From an uncultured Spirochaetota bacterium (lineage in GTDB: Bacteria > Spirochaetota > Spirochaetia > SZUA-6 > Fen-1364): 64,000 nt of DNA. Of the stretch, positions 50,535-59,095 are shown in pieces; within the stretch, counting starts at the first letter, position 1, and every line of letters begins with the position of its first letter. Where the stretch lies: contig CAVTHO010000006.1 of the NCBI GenBank assembly GCA_963734545.1, positions 416,001-480,000 of the forward strand. Direction: 5' to 3'. The translations under genes and the position numbers were made by a program. The notes under the pieces were generated by a model. That model was not told where the DNA came from and searched no databases. It saw nothing but the letters and a program-made list of their open reading frames with translations.

Positions 50535-51567
50535 GCGCGTCTTCCAGCCGCGGCAGGATCTCCCGGCTCAGGGTGGCCTCGTCGATGCCGTAGAGGCGGG
50601 TGAAGAACTCGCGCACTTCCGCGCGCATGTCCAGGCCGGGGAAAAGCTCGGGATGGAGCGTCACGGCCATCCATTCCAGGCCCAGGATCCAGCGCGTATC
50701 GGCCTGGTCCCAGGAATAGAAATCCGACGGAAAGCCGGCGATGGCGCCAGAGAGCGAGCCCGAGTTTCGGATGTCCTCCGCAATCGGGCCGGAGGGCTTT
50801 CCGTAGGAGATGACGAATACATACCGCGGGTTCCATGCGGAGAGCTGCTCGAGGCCGACTTTCTTCCAGCCGTCCCCCGGGCCGGCCTCTTTCCAGACCG
50901 CCGCGCCGCCCGCGGTTTCCGTCGTCACTGTCTGGATCCAGCCCGCCGGCGGCACGGTGAACGCGTTCGTTCCGTCCCGCGAATTGTATTGGACCACGAG
51001 CACGGAGGGCTTTTCCGCGGCCGCCGTTGCGCGGGCCACCGCCTCCACGCGGGAACGGTACCAGTCCTGTATGAAACGCGCCCGCTCGGGCTGCTGGAGC
51101 AGCCTGCCCAGGGTCTGCACGTCCAGGTAGAACTTCTCCGGGGACTCCAGGTCCAGGTAGAGAACGGGGATCCCGATCTTCTCCAGCGAGTCCCCGAGCT
51201 GCGCTTTCAGGTACGACTTCAGAATGACGAGATCGGGACGAACGGCGGCGAGCTGCTCGGGTCCCACGCTGTTGGAGAACCGGGGTTTTTCAGCGGCCCC
51301 CCGATCGATCAGCGGCAGGAAATCACCCAATCCCTGGTCGGTACCGCCGATCCCCACGACCCGCTGGGCAACACCCGGAAAGAGGTAGACGGCGTCCACG
51401 AGAAGCAGGGTCGCCCTTCCCGCAATCACGATCCGCGAGGGTATTTTCTGAAAGCTCACGCTCCGGCCCAGGGTATCGGTGAGGGTATAGGGGCCGGGCG
51501 CGGCGAATGTCGGATGAATCCAGATGCCGGCGATGAGCGAAGCGATGAACAGGGTCCTTCGTATCAC
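50521..51567 (-). CDS. Class III (BtuF/TroA-like) ABC substrate-binding protein
   Basis: Signal peptide, TDTLGRSV, EQLAAVRPDLV, SWDQADTRWILGLEWMA, HPELF. Confidence 0.85.
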   Translation of the reverse strand: MIRRTLFIASLIAGIWIHPTFAAPGPYTLTDTLGRSVSFQKIPSRIVIAGRATLLLVDAVYLFPGVAQRVVGIGGTDQGLGDFLPLIDRGAAEKPRFSNSVGPEQLAAVRPDLVILKSYLKAQLGDSLEKIGIPVLYLDLESPEKFYLDVQTLGRLLQQPERARFIQDWYRSRVEAVARATAAAEKPSVLVVQYNSRDGTNAFTVPPAGWIQTVTTETAGGAAVWKEAGPGDGWKKVGLEQLSAWNPRYVFVISYGKPSGPIAEDIRNSGSLSGAIAGFPSDFYSWDQADTRWILGLEWMAVTLHPELFPGLDMRAEVREFFTRLYGIDEATLSREILPRLEDALARR

Positions 51568-52199
51568 GGCAAGTCCTCCATTGTATCGATGTCACGATGG
51601 ATCGAATCGTCTTTCCAGGGTAGCTCTTCCACCGCGAGCCGCGCGGCGATCTCCCTCATAGTCCCGGTGGCAGGGTCGGCGCGCAGCACCTCGTCCTTCA
51701 CCCGCGCGCCGCACAGCACGGGGTGTCCCCGCCTTCCCTCGAACACGGGATAGACGAAGTCGGCCGGCGCGCACCGAAGGAGAGCGAGATAGACATCAGG
51801 TCCTGCCCACGGCATGTCACCCAGCATGATGAAGAACCTGCCGGTGCGCACGTGCTCCATTCCCCGCCGGATCGAGGAGAACATTCCCAGCGGCCAGTCG
51901 GGATTTTCTACAGGCTGCACCTGCCGCACGTCCCGAAAGAGGAGGGCAAGCTCGGCGGCGCGATAGCCGGTCACCAGGATCACGCGGGTGCACACCTGCA
52001 GAGCAGACGCCACGACGGTTTCGATGATTGTGCGCTCTCCGAAGGGAAGTATCGGCTTCCAGCGGCCCATGCGCTCCGATTTGCCTGCCGCGGGCACGAT
52101 GCAATCGACGTCCTCCCTTTTGGCGGTCGCTCCTGGCGACATTTTACCGGTCGCTCCTGGCGACATTTTACCGGTCGCTCCTGGCGACATTTTATTCAT
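51564..52199 (-). CDS. mocA: MocA-like molybdenum cofactor cytidylyltransferase with an N-terminal KMSPGATG x3 repeat
   Basis: PAAGKSERMG, NPDWPLGMFSSI, LGDMP, GRRGHPV, DIDT. Confidence 0.75.
   Translation of the reverse strand: MNKMSPGATGKMSPGATGKMSPGATAKREDVDCIVPAAGKSERMGRWKPILPFGERTIIETVVASALQVCTRVILVTGYRAAELALLFRDVRQVQPVENPDWPLGMFSSIRRGMEHVRTGRFFIMLGDMPWAGPDVYLALLRCAPADFVYPVFEGRRGHPVLCGARVKDEVLRADPATGTMREIAARLAVEELPWKDDSIHRDIDTMEDLP
52124..52194. repeat. 24-bp tandem repeat x3 with palindromic core GTCGC-tcctg-GCGAC
   Basis: CGGTCGCTCCTGGCGACATTTTAC at 52124, 52148 and 52172 (last base of copy 3 differs). Confidence 0.95.
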
Positions 52200-52322
52200 G
52201 CGGCATCGTAGCGATTGCGGAAAGACGACGCAAGCGTGGGAGGGAGCGGCCCGGCGTGGACAGGGGCTCCCGGCGCGCATGCGCGCCTGCCGCCCTACGG
52301 ATGCGCAGGGCGGCAGGCGTCC

Positions 52323-52351
52323 TTGACCGCCGCGCGCGCGCGCAGTATCGT
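52323..52351 (+). promoter_or_regulatory. sigma70-type promoter of the deaminase gene with a (CG)6 spacer
   Basis: TTGACC-N17-TATCGT; the spacer contains CGCGCGCGCGCGC (52331-52343). Confidence 0.6.
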
Positions 52352-52364
52352 CAGTGCAGCCCAC

Positions 52365-53574
52365 ATGCAGAAGTACAGCCAGGATTTCATCCGCGCAATC
52401 CCCAAGACCGACCTCCACGTCCACCTCGACGGCTCGCTGCGCCTGCCCACGCTCATCGAGCTGGCCCGGGAGCGAAGCATCGAGCTTCCCTCCTTCACCG
52501 AGGAAGGGCTGAACGAGCTCGTATTCAAGGATTCCTACAAGGACCTCAACGAATACCTCACCGGCTTTTCCTGGACGCTCCTCGTCCTGCAGGACACCGA
52601 GGGACTGGAGCGCACCTCCTACGAGCTGGCCCTGGACAGCTGGGCGGAAGGCGTGCGGTACCTCGAGGTCCGATTCGCGCCGCAGCTCCACATGTCCCCG
52701 ACCTTCGGATTCGAGGCGGTCGTGCGCTCCGTGGACACCGGCCTGCGGCGGGCGCGGGAAGCGGTCAACGCGACCCTCGGCCCCGACGAGCCGCCCTTCG
52801 ACTACGGGATCATCGTCTGCGCCCTGCGCTTCTTCGATGAGAGCTTCTCCCAGTACTACAGGAACCTCTGCCGGGTGCTTTCCTTCTCGAGCCCGCAGGA
52901 GGTGATACGCACCGCGAGCCTGGAGCTGGCCCGGGCGGGCGTGCGCCTGCGCAGGGAAACCGACATCCAGATCGTCGGGTTCGACCTTGCCGGCAGCGAG
53001 TACGGGTACCCGGCAAGCGCGCACGAGGAATCCTACGACTTCGTGCACAGGAACTTCATGCGGAAGACGGTGCACGCGGGGGAGGCGTACGGCCCCGAGT
53101 CCATCTTCCAGGCCATCGCCAAGCTGCACGCGGACAGGATCGGCCACGGCCTGCACCTCTTCGACGAGGACATGATCTTCTCGGGCAGCGTGCAGGACAA
53201 GCGCGCCTACATCGAGAACCTGGTGAACTACATCGCGGAGAACCGCACCACCATCGAGGTGTGCCTGACGAGCAACATGCAGACCTCCCCCGCGCTCAAG
53301 GCCATCGACGAGCATTCGCTGCGGCAGATGCTCAGCCACAAGCTCTCCCTCACATTCTGCACGGACAACCGCCTCGTCTCCCACACCTCGCGTGACGCGG
53401 GAGCTCAGCCTCGCGCTGGAGAACTTCACGATTCCCCCTGACCAGCTCAAGGACATCATCATCTACGGCTTCAAACGCTCGTTCTACTACCATCCGTACC
53501 CCATGAAGCGGAAGTGGGTGCGGAACGTCATTGACTACTACGAGAAGCTCGAGAAGCAGCACGGCGTCATGTAG
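52365..53574 (+). CDS. add: Adenosine deaminase family protein; +1 frameshift near 53390
   Basis: PKTDLHVHLDGS, EVRFAP, GFDLAG, TVHAGE, RIGHG, EVCLTSN, CTDN. Confidence 0.85.
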
Positions 53575-53647
53575 GAACCGGGCCCTGAAGTCCGTGCCGC
53601 GCGCGGCGTGACGCACTGATTCCGGTCTCCCGGCGGCACCCCCTGCC

Positions 53648-53665
53648 TTTACACACTTTTTACAC
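53648..53665 (+). promoter_or_regulatory. 11-bp-periodic direct repeat (possible OmpR/PhoB-family box)
   Basis: TTTACAC-actt-TTTACAC upstream of the VIT-vWA gene. Confidence 0.45.
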
Positions 53666-53741
53666 TTCTTTTTCCGCGCCCTGACAACGCCTTCGCCTCC
53701 CTGCGCCACACTTTCCTCATACGCGGGAAAAGGAGGTGCAT

Positions 53742-56153
53742 ATGCACACGACACTTTGGAAGAGAGGCGCGCGGTCGACGGCCACGCGGACACGCGGCGC
53801 GCACACAAGGGGCGTGCGGACAAGCAGCGCGCACACAAGGGGTGTGCGCAGGCCCCGACTGCTCGGGGGCGTCATCTTTCTCGCGGCGCTCCTGTTCCCC
53901 GGTATGTGCGGGGCGGACGGTCTCATCATCATCGAGAATCCTGTGCACGTGGTTGCCGGACACTTCCGCTTCGCTCCGCTCGAGGTGAGCTACCACCACG
54001 TGAGCGTGACCATCAGCGATCTCGTGGCGGAAACAGTGGTGGACCAGGAGTTCTACAATCCCAACGGCGCCCGGCTGGAGGGAACGTACGTGTTCCCGAT
54101 ACCGGAGGGCGCGCACATCGACAAGCTGTCCATGGACATCGGCGGCAAAATGACGGATGCGGAGCTCCTTCCCGCGGACAAGGCGCGCGCTTTGTACGAG
54201 GAGATCGTGCGCAAGATGAAGGATCCCGCCCTGCTGGAGTACGCGGGCCGCGGGGCATTCCGCATGCGGGTCTATCCCATCGAGCCCCGGGCGTCCAAAC
54301 GCATCAGGCTCACCTACAGCCAGCTCCTGAAAAACGACGGGGGCCTTGTCGAATACCTCTATCCGCTCAACACCGAGAAGTTCAGCGCCGCCGCGGTAAA
54401 GGATGTTTCCGTGAAGGTGACGCTGGACGGAAAGGAAAGCCTGAAGAGCATCTATTGCCCGAGCCATCCCGCGGAGATCCGCCGCGAGGGAGACACGCGC
54501 GCCGTGGTCGGCTGGGAGGCGCGGGACGTCTGGCCCGACACCGATTTCAAGGTGATCTTCAGCAGGAGTCCGAACCCGCTCGGGATCGACTTTCTTGCCA
54601 GCCGCGCGCCCGGCGCGGACGGGTATTTCATGCTCCTCGCTTCGCCGGGCGCGCGCACGGCGAAAACCGGCGTGCAGCCCAAGGATATCTGCTTCGTGCT
54701 GGACACATCCGGCTCCATGGCCGGTCCCAAGCTCACGCAGGCAAAGAAAGCGCTGCAGTTCTGCCTTGCCAACCTCGGCGCGGACGACAGGTTCGAGATC
54801 GTGCGTTTCTCCACTGAAGCGGAACCCTTCTTCGGCGGTCTCGTGCCCGCGGATCGGGCGCATCTTGCGCAGGCGGAAGAATTCCTGGACAGCCTGAGGC
54901 CCATTGGCGGGACCGCCATCGGCGACGCGCTGGGCCAGGCGCTGGCGCTCCGCAGCGGAGACGGCTCCGGCGGGCGGCCCCGGGCGGGAACAGCGGTCAC
55001 GGGCGGAAGCAGGCCCTATCTTGTGATCTTCCTCACCGACGGACAGCCGACCGTCGGCGAGACCCGCGAGGACCCCCTGGTCGATTCACTCAGGGGAGCG
55101 GCGAAGAGCGTACGGATCTTCTCCTTCGGCATTGGAAACGACGTGAACACGCACCTTCTGGACAGGATCGCCTCGGAGACCCGGGCAGTCAGCCAGTACG
55201 TGCTGCCGGAAGAGGACATCGAGCTGAAAGTGGGGGGGTTCTATTCGAAGATAAAGGATCCGGTCCTTTCCGACGTGTCTCTCTCCTTCACGAACCCGTC
55301 ATTGCGCGTCACACAGCTGCAGCCGGCCGTTCTGCCGGACCTGTTCAACGGCGACATGCTCGTCGTGTTCGGACGGTACACCGGCTCCGGCGCTTCCGCC
55401 GCGCGGATCACCGGCACGTTCAACGGAAAGCCGCACCAGTTCACGGCGGACGTCGATTTCCCCGCGCAGAACGCGGACAACGGGTTCATCCCGCGATTGT
55501 GGGCAACGCGGCGTGTCGGCTGGCTGCTGGACGAGATACGCATGCGCGGGGAGTCCCGCGAGCTCAAGGACGAGGTGATCAGCCTCGCGCGCGAGTTCGG
55601 GATCGTCACTCCCTATACCGCCTATCTCATACTCGAGGACGAGGCGTCGCGATCCATCCCGGTCAACCTCCGCACGTTCCAGGAGATGGAAGGGGATCGG
55701 GGTGTCGTCGACAAGGCGAGGGAGAAGTTCGATTCGGTGAGCAGGGAGGCGCGCTCGGAGGCCAGCCGATCGGGAGCCGGCGCCGTTCAGAACTCGAAAG
55801 CGGTGCAGGCCATGAAATCCTCGCTGAACGAGCAGCAGGCGGCACAGGCAGCCGGCCTCGCAAAGTCATCTGCCCCTGCCGCACCGGGGAACACCGGCTA
55901 CCGCGCATCGGTCACGCGCAACTATGCGCAGCAGGTCCAGCTTGTGAACGGTCGGGCCTTCTACCAGAACGGGAACGTCTGGACCGACTCGACCGCGCAG
56001 GCGAAGGGCGCGCTCCGGCAGAAGTCCGTGAAATTCGGAAGCGAGGAGTACTTCAGGCTGCTCCGCGCGCGGCCGGCAGCGGCCCCGTGGCTTGCCCTGG
56101 GCAGCAACGTGGATGTCGTCGTCGACGACACGCTTATCAGCATCCGGGAATAG
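53742..56153 (+). CDS. Secreted VIT + vWA domain protein (ITIH-like)
   Basis: SD AAGGAGGT; hydrophobic signal; VIT (DQEFYNP, EGTYVFPIP, DPALLEY); MIDAS VLDTSGSM, GGT, FLTDG; IVTPYTAYL. Confidence 0.88.
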   Translation: MHTTLWKRGARSTATRTRGAHTRGVRTSSAHTRGVRRPRLLGGVIFLAALLFPGMCGADGLIIIENPVHVVAGHFRFAPLEVSYHHVSVTISDLVAETVVDQEFYNPNGARLEGTYVFPIPEGAHIDKLSMDIGGKMTDAELLPADKARALYEEIVRKMKDPALLEYAGRGAFRMRVYPIEPRASKRIRLTYSQLLKNDGGLVEYLYPLNTEKFSAAAVKDVSVKVTLDGKESLKSIYCPSHPAEIRREGDTRAVVGWEARDVWPDTDFKVIFSRSPNPLGIDFLASRAPGADGYFMLLASPGARTAKTGVQPKDICFVLDTSGSMAGPKLTQAKKALQFCLANLGADDRFEIVRFSTEAEPFFGGLVPADRAHLAQAEEFLDSLRPIGGTAIGDALGQALALRSGDGSGGRPRAGTAVTGGSRPYLVIFLTDGQPTVGETREDPLVDSLRGAAKSVRIFSFGIGNDVNTHLLDRIASETRAVSQYVLPEEDIELKVGGFYSKIKDPVLSDVSLSFTNPSLRVTQLQPAVLPDLFNGDMLVVFGRYTGSGASAARITGTFNGKPHQFTADVDFPAQNADNGFIPRLWATRRVGWLLDEIRMRGESRELKDEVISLAREFGIVTPYTAYLILEDEASRSIPVNLRTFQEMEGDRGVVDKAREKFDSVSREARSEASRSGAGAVQNSKAVQAMKSSLNEQQAAQAAGLAKSSAPAAPGNTGYRASVTRNYAQQVQLVNGRAFYQNGNVWTDSTAQAKGALRQKSVKFGSEEYFRLLRARPAAAPWLALGSNVDVVVDDTLISIRE
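53786..53849. repeat. 30-bp imperfect tandem repeat x2 with hairpin, inside the VIT N-terminus
   Basis: GCGGACACGCGGCGCGCACACAAGGGGCGT / GCGGACAAGCAGCGCGCACACAAGGGGTGT; stem GCGCACAC-aaggg-GTGTGCGC. Confidence 0.8.
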
Positions 56154-56172
56154 ATGTGAGGAGGAACCTGAT

Positions 56173-57270
56173 ATGAGGCGGGCATTCATGTGCATGGCAG
56201 CGGGGATGATCCTCGCGGTGTCCACGGGTTTTGCGGCGGCGAAGCCCCGCGTGGAAGTGACCTTCGTGCTCGATTCCACCGGCTCCATGGGAGGCCTGAT
56301 AGAGGGCGCCAAGCAGAAGATCTGGTCGATCGCGAACAGCATCGTCTCCCAGAAGCCGGCGCCGGAAGTGAGGATCGGGCTCCTCACCTACCGGGATCGA
56401 GGCGACGAGTATGTGACCAGGAAATTCGATCTCACCGACGATATCGATACGGTATTCAAGAACCTCCAATCGATAACCGCTGACGGGGGCGGGGACGATC
56501 CGGAGAGCGTGAACCAGGCTCTCCGCGAGGCGGTCACGGGCATGAGCTGGAGCGCGGGCACGACGGCGCTGAAGATCATCTTCCTCGTGGGCGACTATCC
56601 GCCCCACATGGACTATCCCGACGACGTGAAATACCCTGCCACGTGCAGGGACGCGGTGAAGCGCGGCCTGATCATCGACACCGTGCAGTGCGGCGCGGTG
56701 AGCGATACGACCGCCGTGTGGCGTGATATCGCGCGACTGTCCGAGGGATCCTACGTGGCATTGGCCCAGTCGGGCAACATGACCGTCATGACGACACCCT
56801 TCGACACGGAAATCGCCCGAACGAGCGGGGAGATCGGGACGACCGTGGTGGCGTACGGCGAAAAGGACAGGCAGGAAGCGGCGCGCGGCAAGGTGGCGAA
56901 GGCGGCCGAGGCGCCGGCCGCCGTGGCGGCGGACAGGGCTGCATTCAATCTCGCGACGGGCGGCAAGGCCATCCAGGGGTTGGGGGACCTCGTGGCTGAT
57001 TCTGCGGAGGGAAAGGTGGACGTGGGCAGGCTGAAGAACGACGAGCTTCCGCCGGAGCTGCAGAAGATGACCCCCGCGCAGCGTACCGCGTACATCACGA
57101 AGCAGAAGGAACGAAGGGAAGTGCTCAACCTCAGGCTCACGGAGCTGTCACAGAAGCGCGCCACCTGGCTTGCCCAGGAGCAGAAGAGAATTGCCGCAAC
57201 AACAGGAGGCGACGCGTTCGACGTGCGGGTGGCTGAAATCATTTCCGCGCAGGCTGCCCGGACCCGGTAG
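56173..57270 (+). CDS. Secreted vWA domain protein
   Basis: Signal peptide; VLDSTGSM, YRDRGD, GGGDDPE, LVGDYPPH; helical C-terminus. Confidence 0.88.
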   Translation: MRRAFMCMAAGMILAVSTGFAAAKPRVEVTFVLDSTGSMGGLIEGAKQKIWSIANSIVSQKPAPEVRIGLLTYRDRGDEYVTRKFDLTDDIDTVFKNLQSITADGGGDDPESVNQALREAVTGMSWSAGTTALKIIFLVGDYPPHMDYPDDVKYPATCRDAVKRGLIIDTVQCGAVSDTTAVWRDIARLSEGSYVALAQSGNMTVMTTPFDTEIARTSGEIGTTVVAYGEKDRQEAARGKVAKAAEAPAAVAADRAAFNLATGGKAIQGLGDLVADSAEGKVDVGRLKNDELPPELQKMTPAQRTAYITKQKERREVLNLRLTELSQKRATWLAQEQKRIAATTGGDAFDVRVAEIISAQAARTR

Positions 57271-57304
57271 GGGGTGAGGGGCGGGCTCGGTACGCCGGGC
57301 CCGC

Positions 57305-57403
57305 CCGCTCTTGCCCGTATTCGGACCGCCGCTTTTGCCCGTACTCGGGCCGCCGCTCTTGCCCGTATTCGGGCCGCCGCTTTTGCCCGTACTCGGGCCC
57401 GCC
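57305..57403. repeat. About 4 x 24-bp hairpin tandem array between convergent genes
   Basis: Units GCCCGTA(T/C)TCGG(A/G)CCGCCGCT(T/C)TT at 57313, 57337, 57361 and 57385. Confidence 0.92.
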
Positions 57404-57874
57404 TTACCCTGGCGGGAAATGCGCGAGAAACTCTTTTCTGAGCATGACCTCGAAGAAAATCGCCGATCCGTCCTTGAACGCCACCTCGGTCACAGGTGCA
57501 GAGAACATCTTGGTAAAAATCGACGCCGGGGGAACCTTGCGGGGAACGGCCCCGCCCGCCACGCACCGGGCAGCACCCACGCGGGACACGACACGGATGA
57601 ACTCCACCTCGGATTTGGAGAAGGAGAGCTCCGTTTTTTCCCATTTCGACCTGCCGGCAAAGATCTTCGAGAGCCAGTTGTCCCGCTCGAAGTCCTCGAA
57701 CCAGAAGAGATCTCCGACCCGGTAGAGCAACCCGGGGAAATTGAGGATATTTCCCCCGGTCCTTCCCACCAGGGTGGCGAACGTGAAGAAACCTACCTCG
57801 CCGCCCCGCTTTTCAGCGGTCTGCCGCCAGAACTCGGCAGGATCCTCTTCCGGGGCCCTCCGCAACCATTGCAT
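57404..57874 (-). CDS. Hypothetical protein (about 156 aa)
   Basis: Globular-looking ORF; TTGACG-N17-TATCGT lies 7 nt before the ATG at 57874. Confidence 0.6.
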   Translation of the reverse strand: MQWLRRAPEEDPAEFWRQTAEKRGGEVGFFTFATLVGRTGGNILNFPGLLYRVGDLFWFEDFERDNWLSKIFAGRSKWEKTELSFSKSEVEFIRVVSRVGAARCVAGGAVPRKVPPASIFTKMFSAPVTEVAFKDGSAIFFEVMLRKEFLAHFPPG

Positions 57875-57997
57875 GGCATGTACGATAGTCTGCCATCGGG
57901 CATCCGTCAATCCAGCGATTCTCATTTGCCTGGGATTCACTTGTCGAGGCAACCAGCATCGACGGCGCAGGGTTTTTCGGGATATATGAGGAAGGTC

Positions 57998-59095
57998 TCA
58001 GAGCTCCCCGAGTGGCTGCGGCCGGGGCGCGGGATAACGGAGCTCGACTGCTCTCCCGCTTCCCGACGCATCGTGCACCGCGTGCATGATCTCCAGGGCA
58101 TGCATACCGAGCGCGCCCGATGCCCGGTGAGGCCGGCCCGTCACGATTGCCTGTATCATCTCCGAGAGCCCCAGCCCGCGCGAGTTCTCCGCCCAGGGCA
58201 GCTCCAGGGGCACCTCGCGCCACTCCGTGTCATCCTTCCCCCGGATGAGGACCGGGCCGCCGAAGGTGTTGGGATCCGGGACGCTCAGGGAGCCTTCGCT
58301 GCCGTAGATCTCTATGCGCGGGAGCTGCGAGCTCCAGACGTCGAAGGACATGACGAAGGTGGCGATGACGCCGCACTCGAAGTCGATGGTCCCCGCCGCG
58401 TGCGTGGGGATTTCCACGTCGATGCGCTGGCCCTCGTTCGGTCCCGAGCCGATGACCCGGTTTCGAAATGTCCTGCGGACCGATCCCGAGACCCGGCGCG
58501 CCGGCCCCAGCAGGGCGAGGAGGGCGGTGAAATAGTAGGGGCCCATGTCGAAGACCGGACCACCCCCCTGAGCGTAATAAAAGCCCGGATCCGGATGCCA
58601 GGCTTCAGGCCCGTGATTCGCCATGAAGGCGACGGCGGCCACCGGGACGCCGATGGCCCCTTCGTCGATGAGCCGCACGCAGGTCTGTATTCCCGCGCCC
58701 AGGAAGGTGTCCGGCGCCGTGCCGACCCGCAGGCCCTTTTTTCGGGCCAGGGCCAGCGTGCGATCCGCATCTTTCATGGATATCGCGAACGGCTTTTCCG
58801 AGTGCACGTGCTTGCCCGCCGCGAGGGCGGCCATGGACACCTCCGCGTGCGCCGAGGGGACCGTCAGGTTGAGCACGACCTCCACGGACGGATCGGCGAG
58901 GAGCTCTTCCACCGTGCATGCCCGCGGGATGCCGTGCGCGGCGGCCTTGGCCGCTGCCCGTTCATCCACAAGGTCTGCGACGGCTGCAACCTCGACGTTG
59001 TCGAACCGGGTTGTCAGGTTCTTGAGATAGATCTCGCTGATGGTTCCGCATCCGATCACGCCGACGCGCGCCCGATTGCTCTCGGTTGCTTTCAT
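57998..59095 (-). CDS. Gfo/Idh/MocA family oxidoreductase
   Basis: VIGCGTIS, GKHVHSEKP, APDTFLG, GGGPVFDMGPYY. Confidence 0.9.
   Translation of the reverse strand: MKATESNRARVGVIGCGTISEIYLKNLTTRFDNVEVAAVADLVDERAAAKAAAHGIPRACTVEELLADPSVEVVLNLTVPSAHAEVSMAALAAGKHVHSEKPFAISMKDADRTLALARKKGLRVGTAPDTFLGAGIQTCVRLIDEGAIGVPVAAVAFMANHGPEAWHPDPGFYYAQGGGPVFDMGPYYFTALLALLGPARRVSGSVRRTFRNRVIGSGPNEGQRIDVEIPTHAAGTIDFECGVIATFVMSFDVWSSQLPRIEIYGSEGSLSVPDPNTFGGPVLIRGKDDTEWREVPLELPWAENSRGLGLSEMIQAIVTGRPHRASGALGMHALEIMHAVHDASGSGRAVELRYPAPRPQPLGEL

Noticed and set aside
52124-52194. Possible CRISPR repeat (palindromic, GTCGC start)
   Set aside because: Copies abut directly without spacers and lie in a coding frame; kept as a dispersed palindromic element instead.
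51564-53462. 632-aa fusion ORF ending in MocA
   Set aside because: The upstream portion is the antisense shadow of adenosine deaminase.
57305-57403. Possible mini CRISPR array
   Set aside because: Units are contiguous with no unique spacers, and there are no cas genes in the window.
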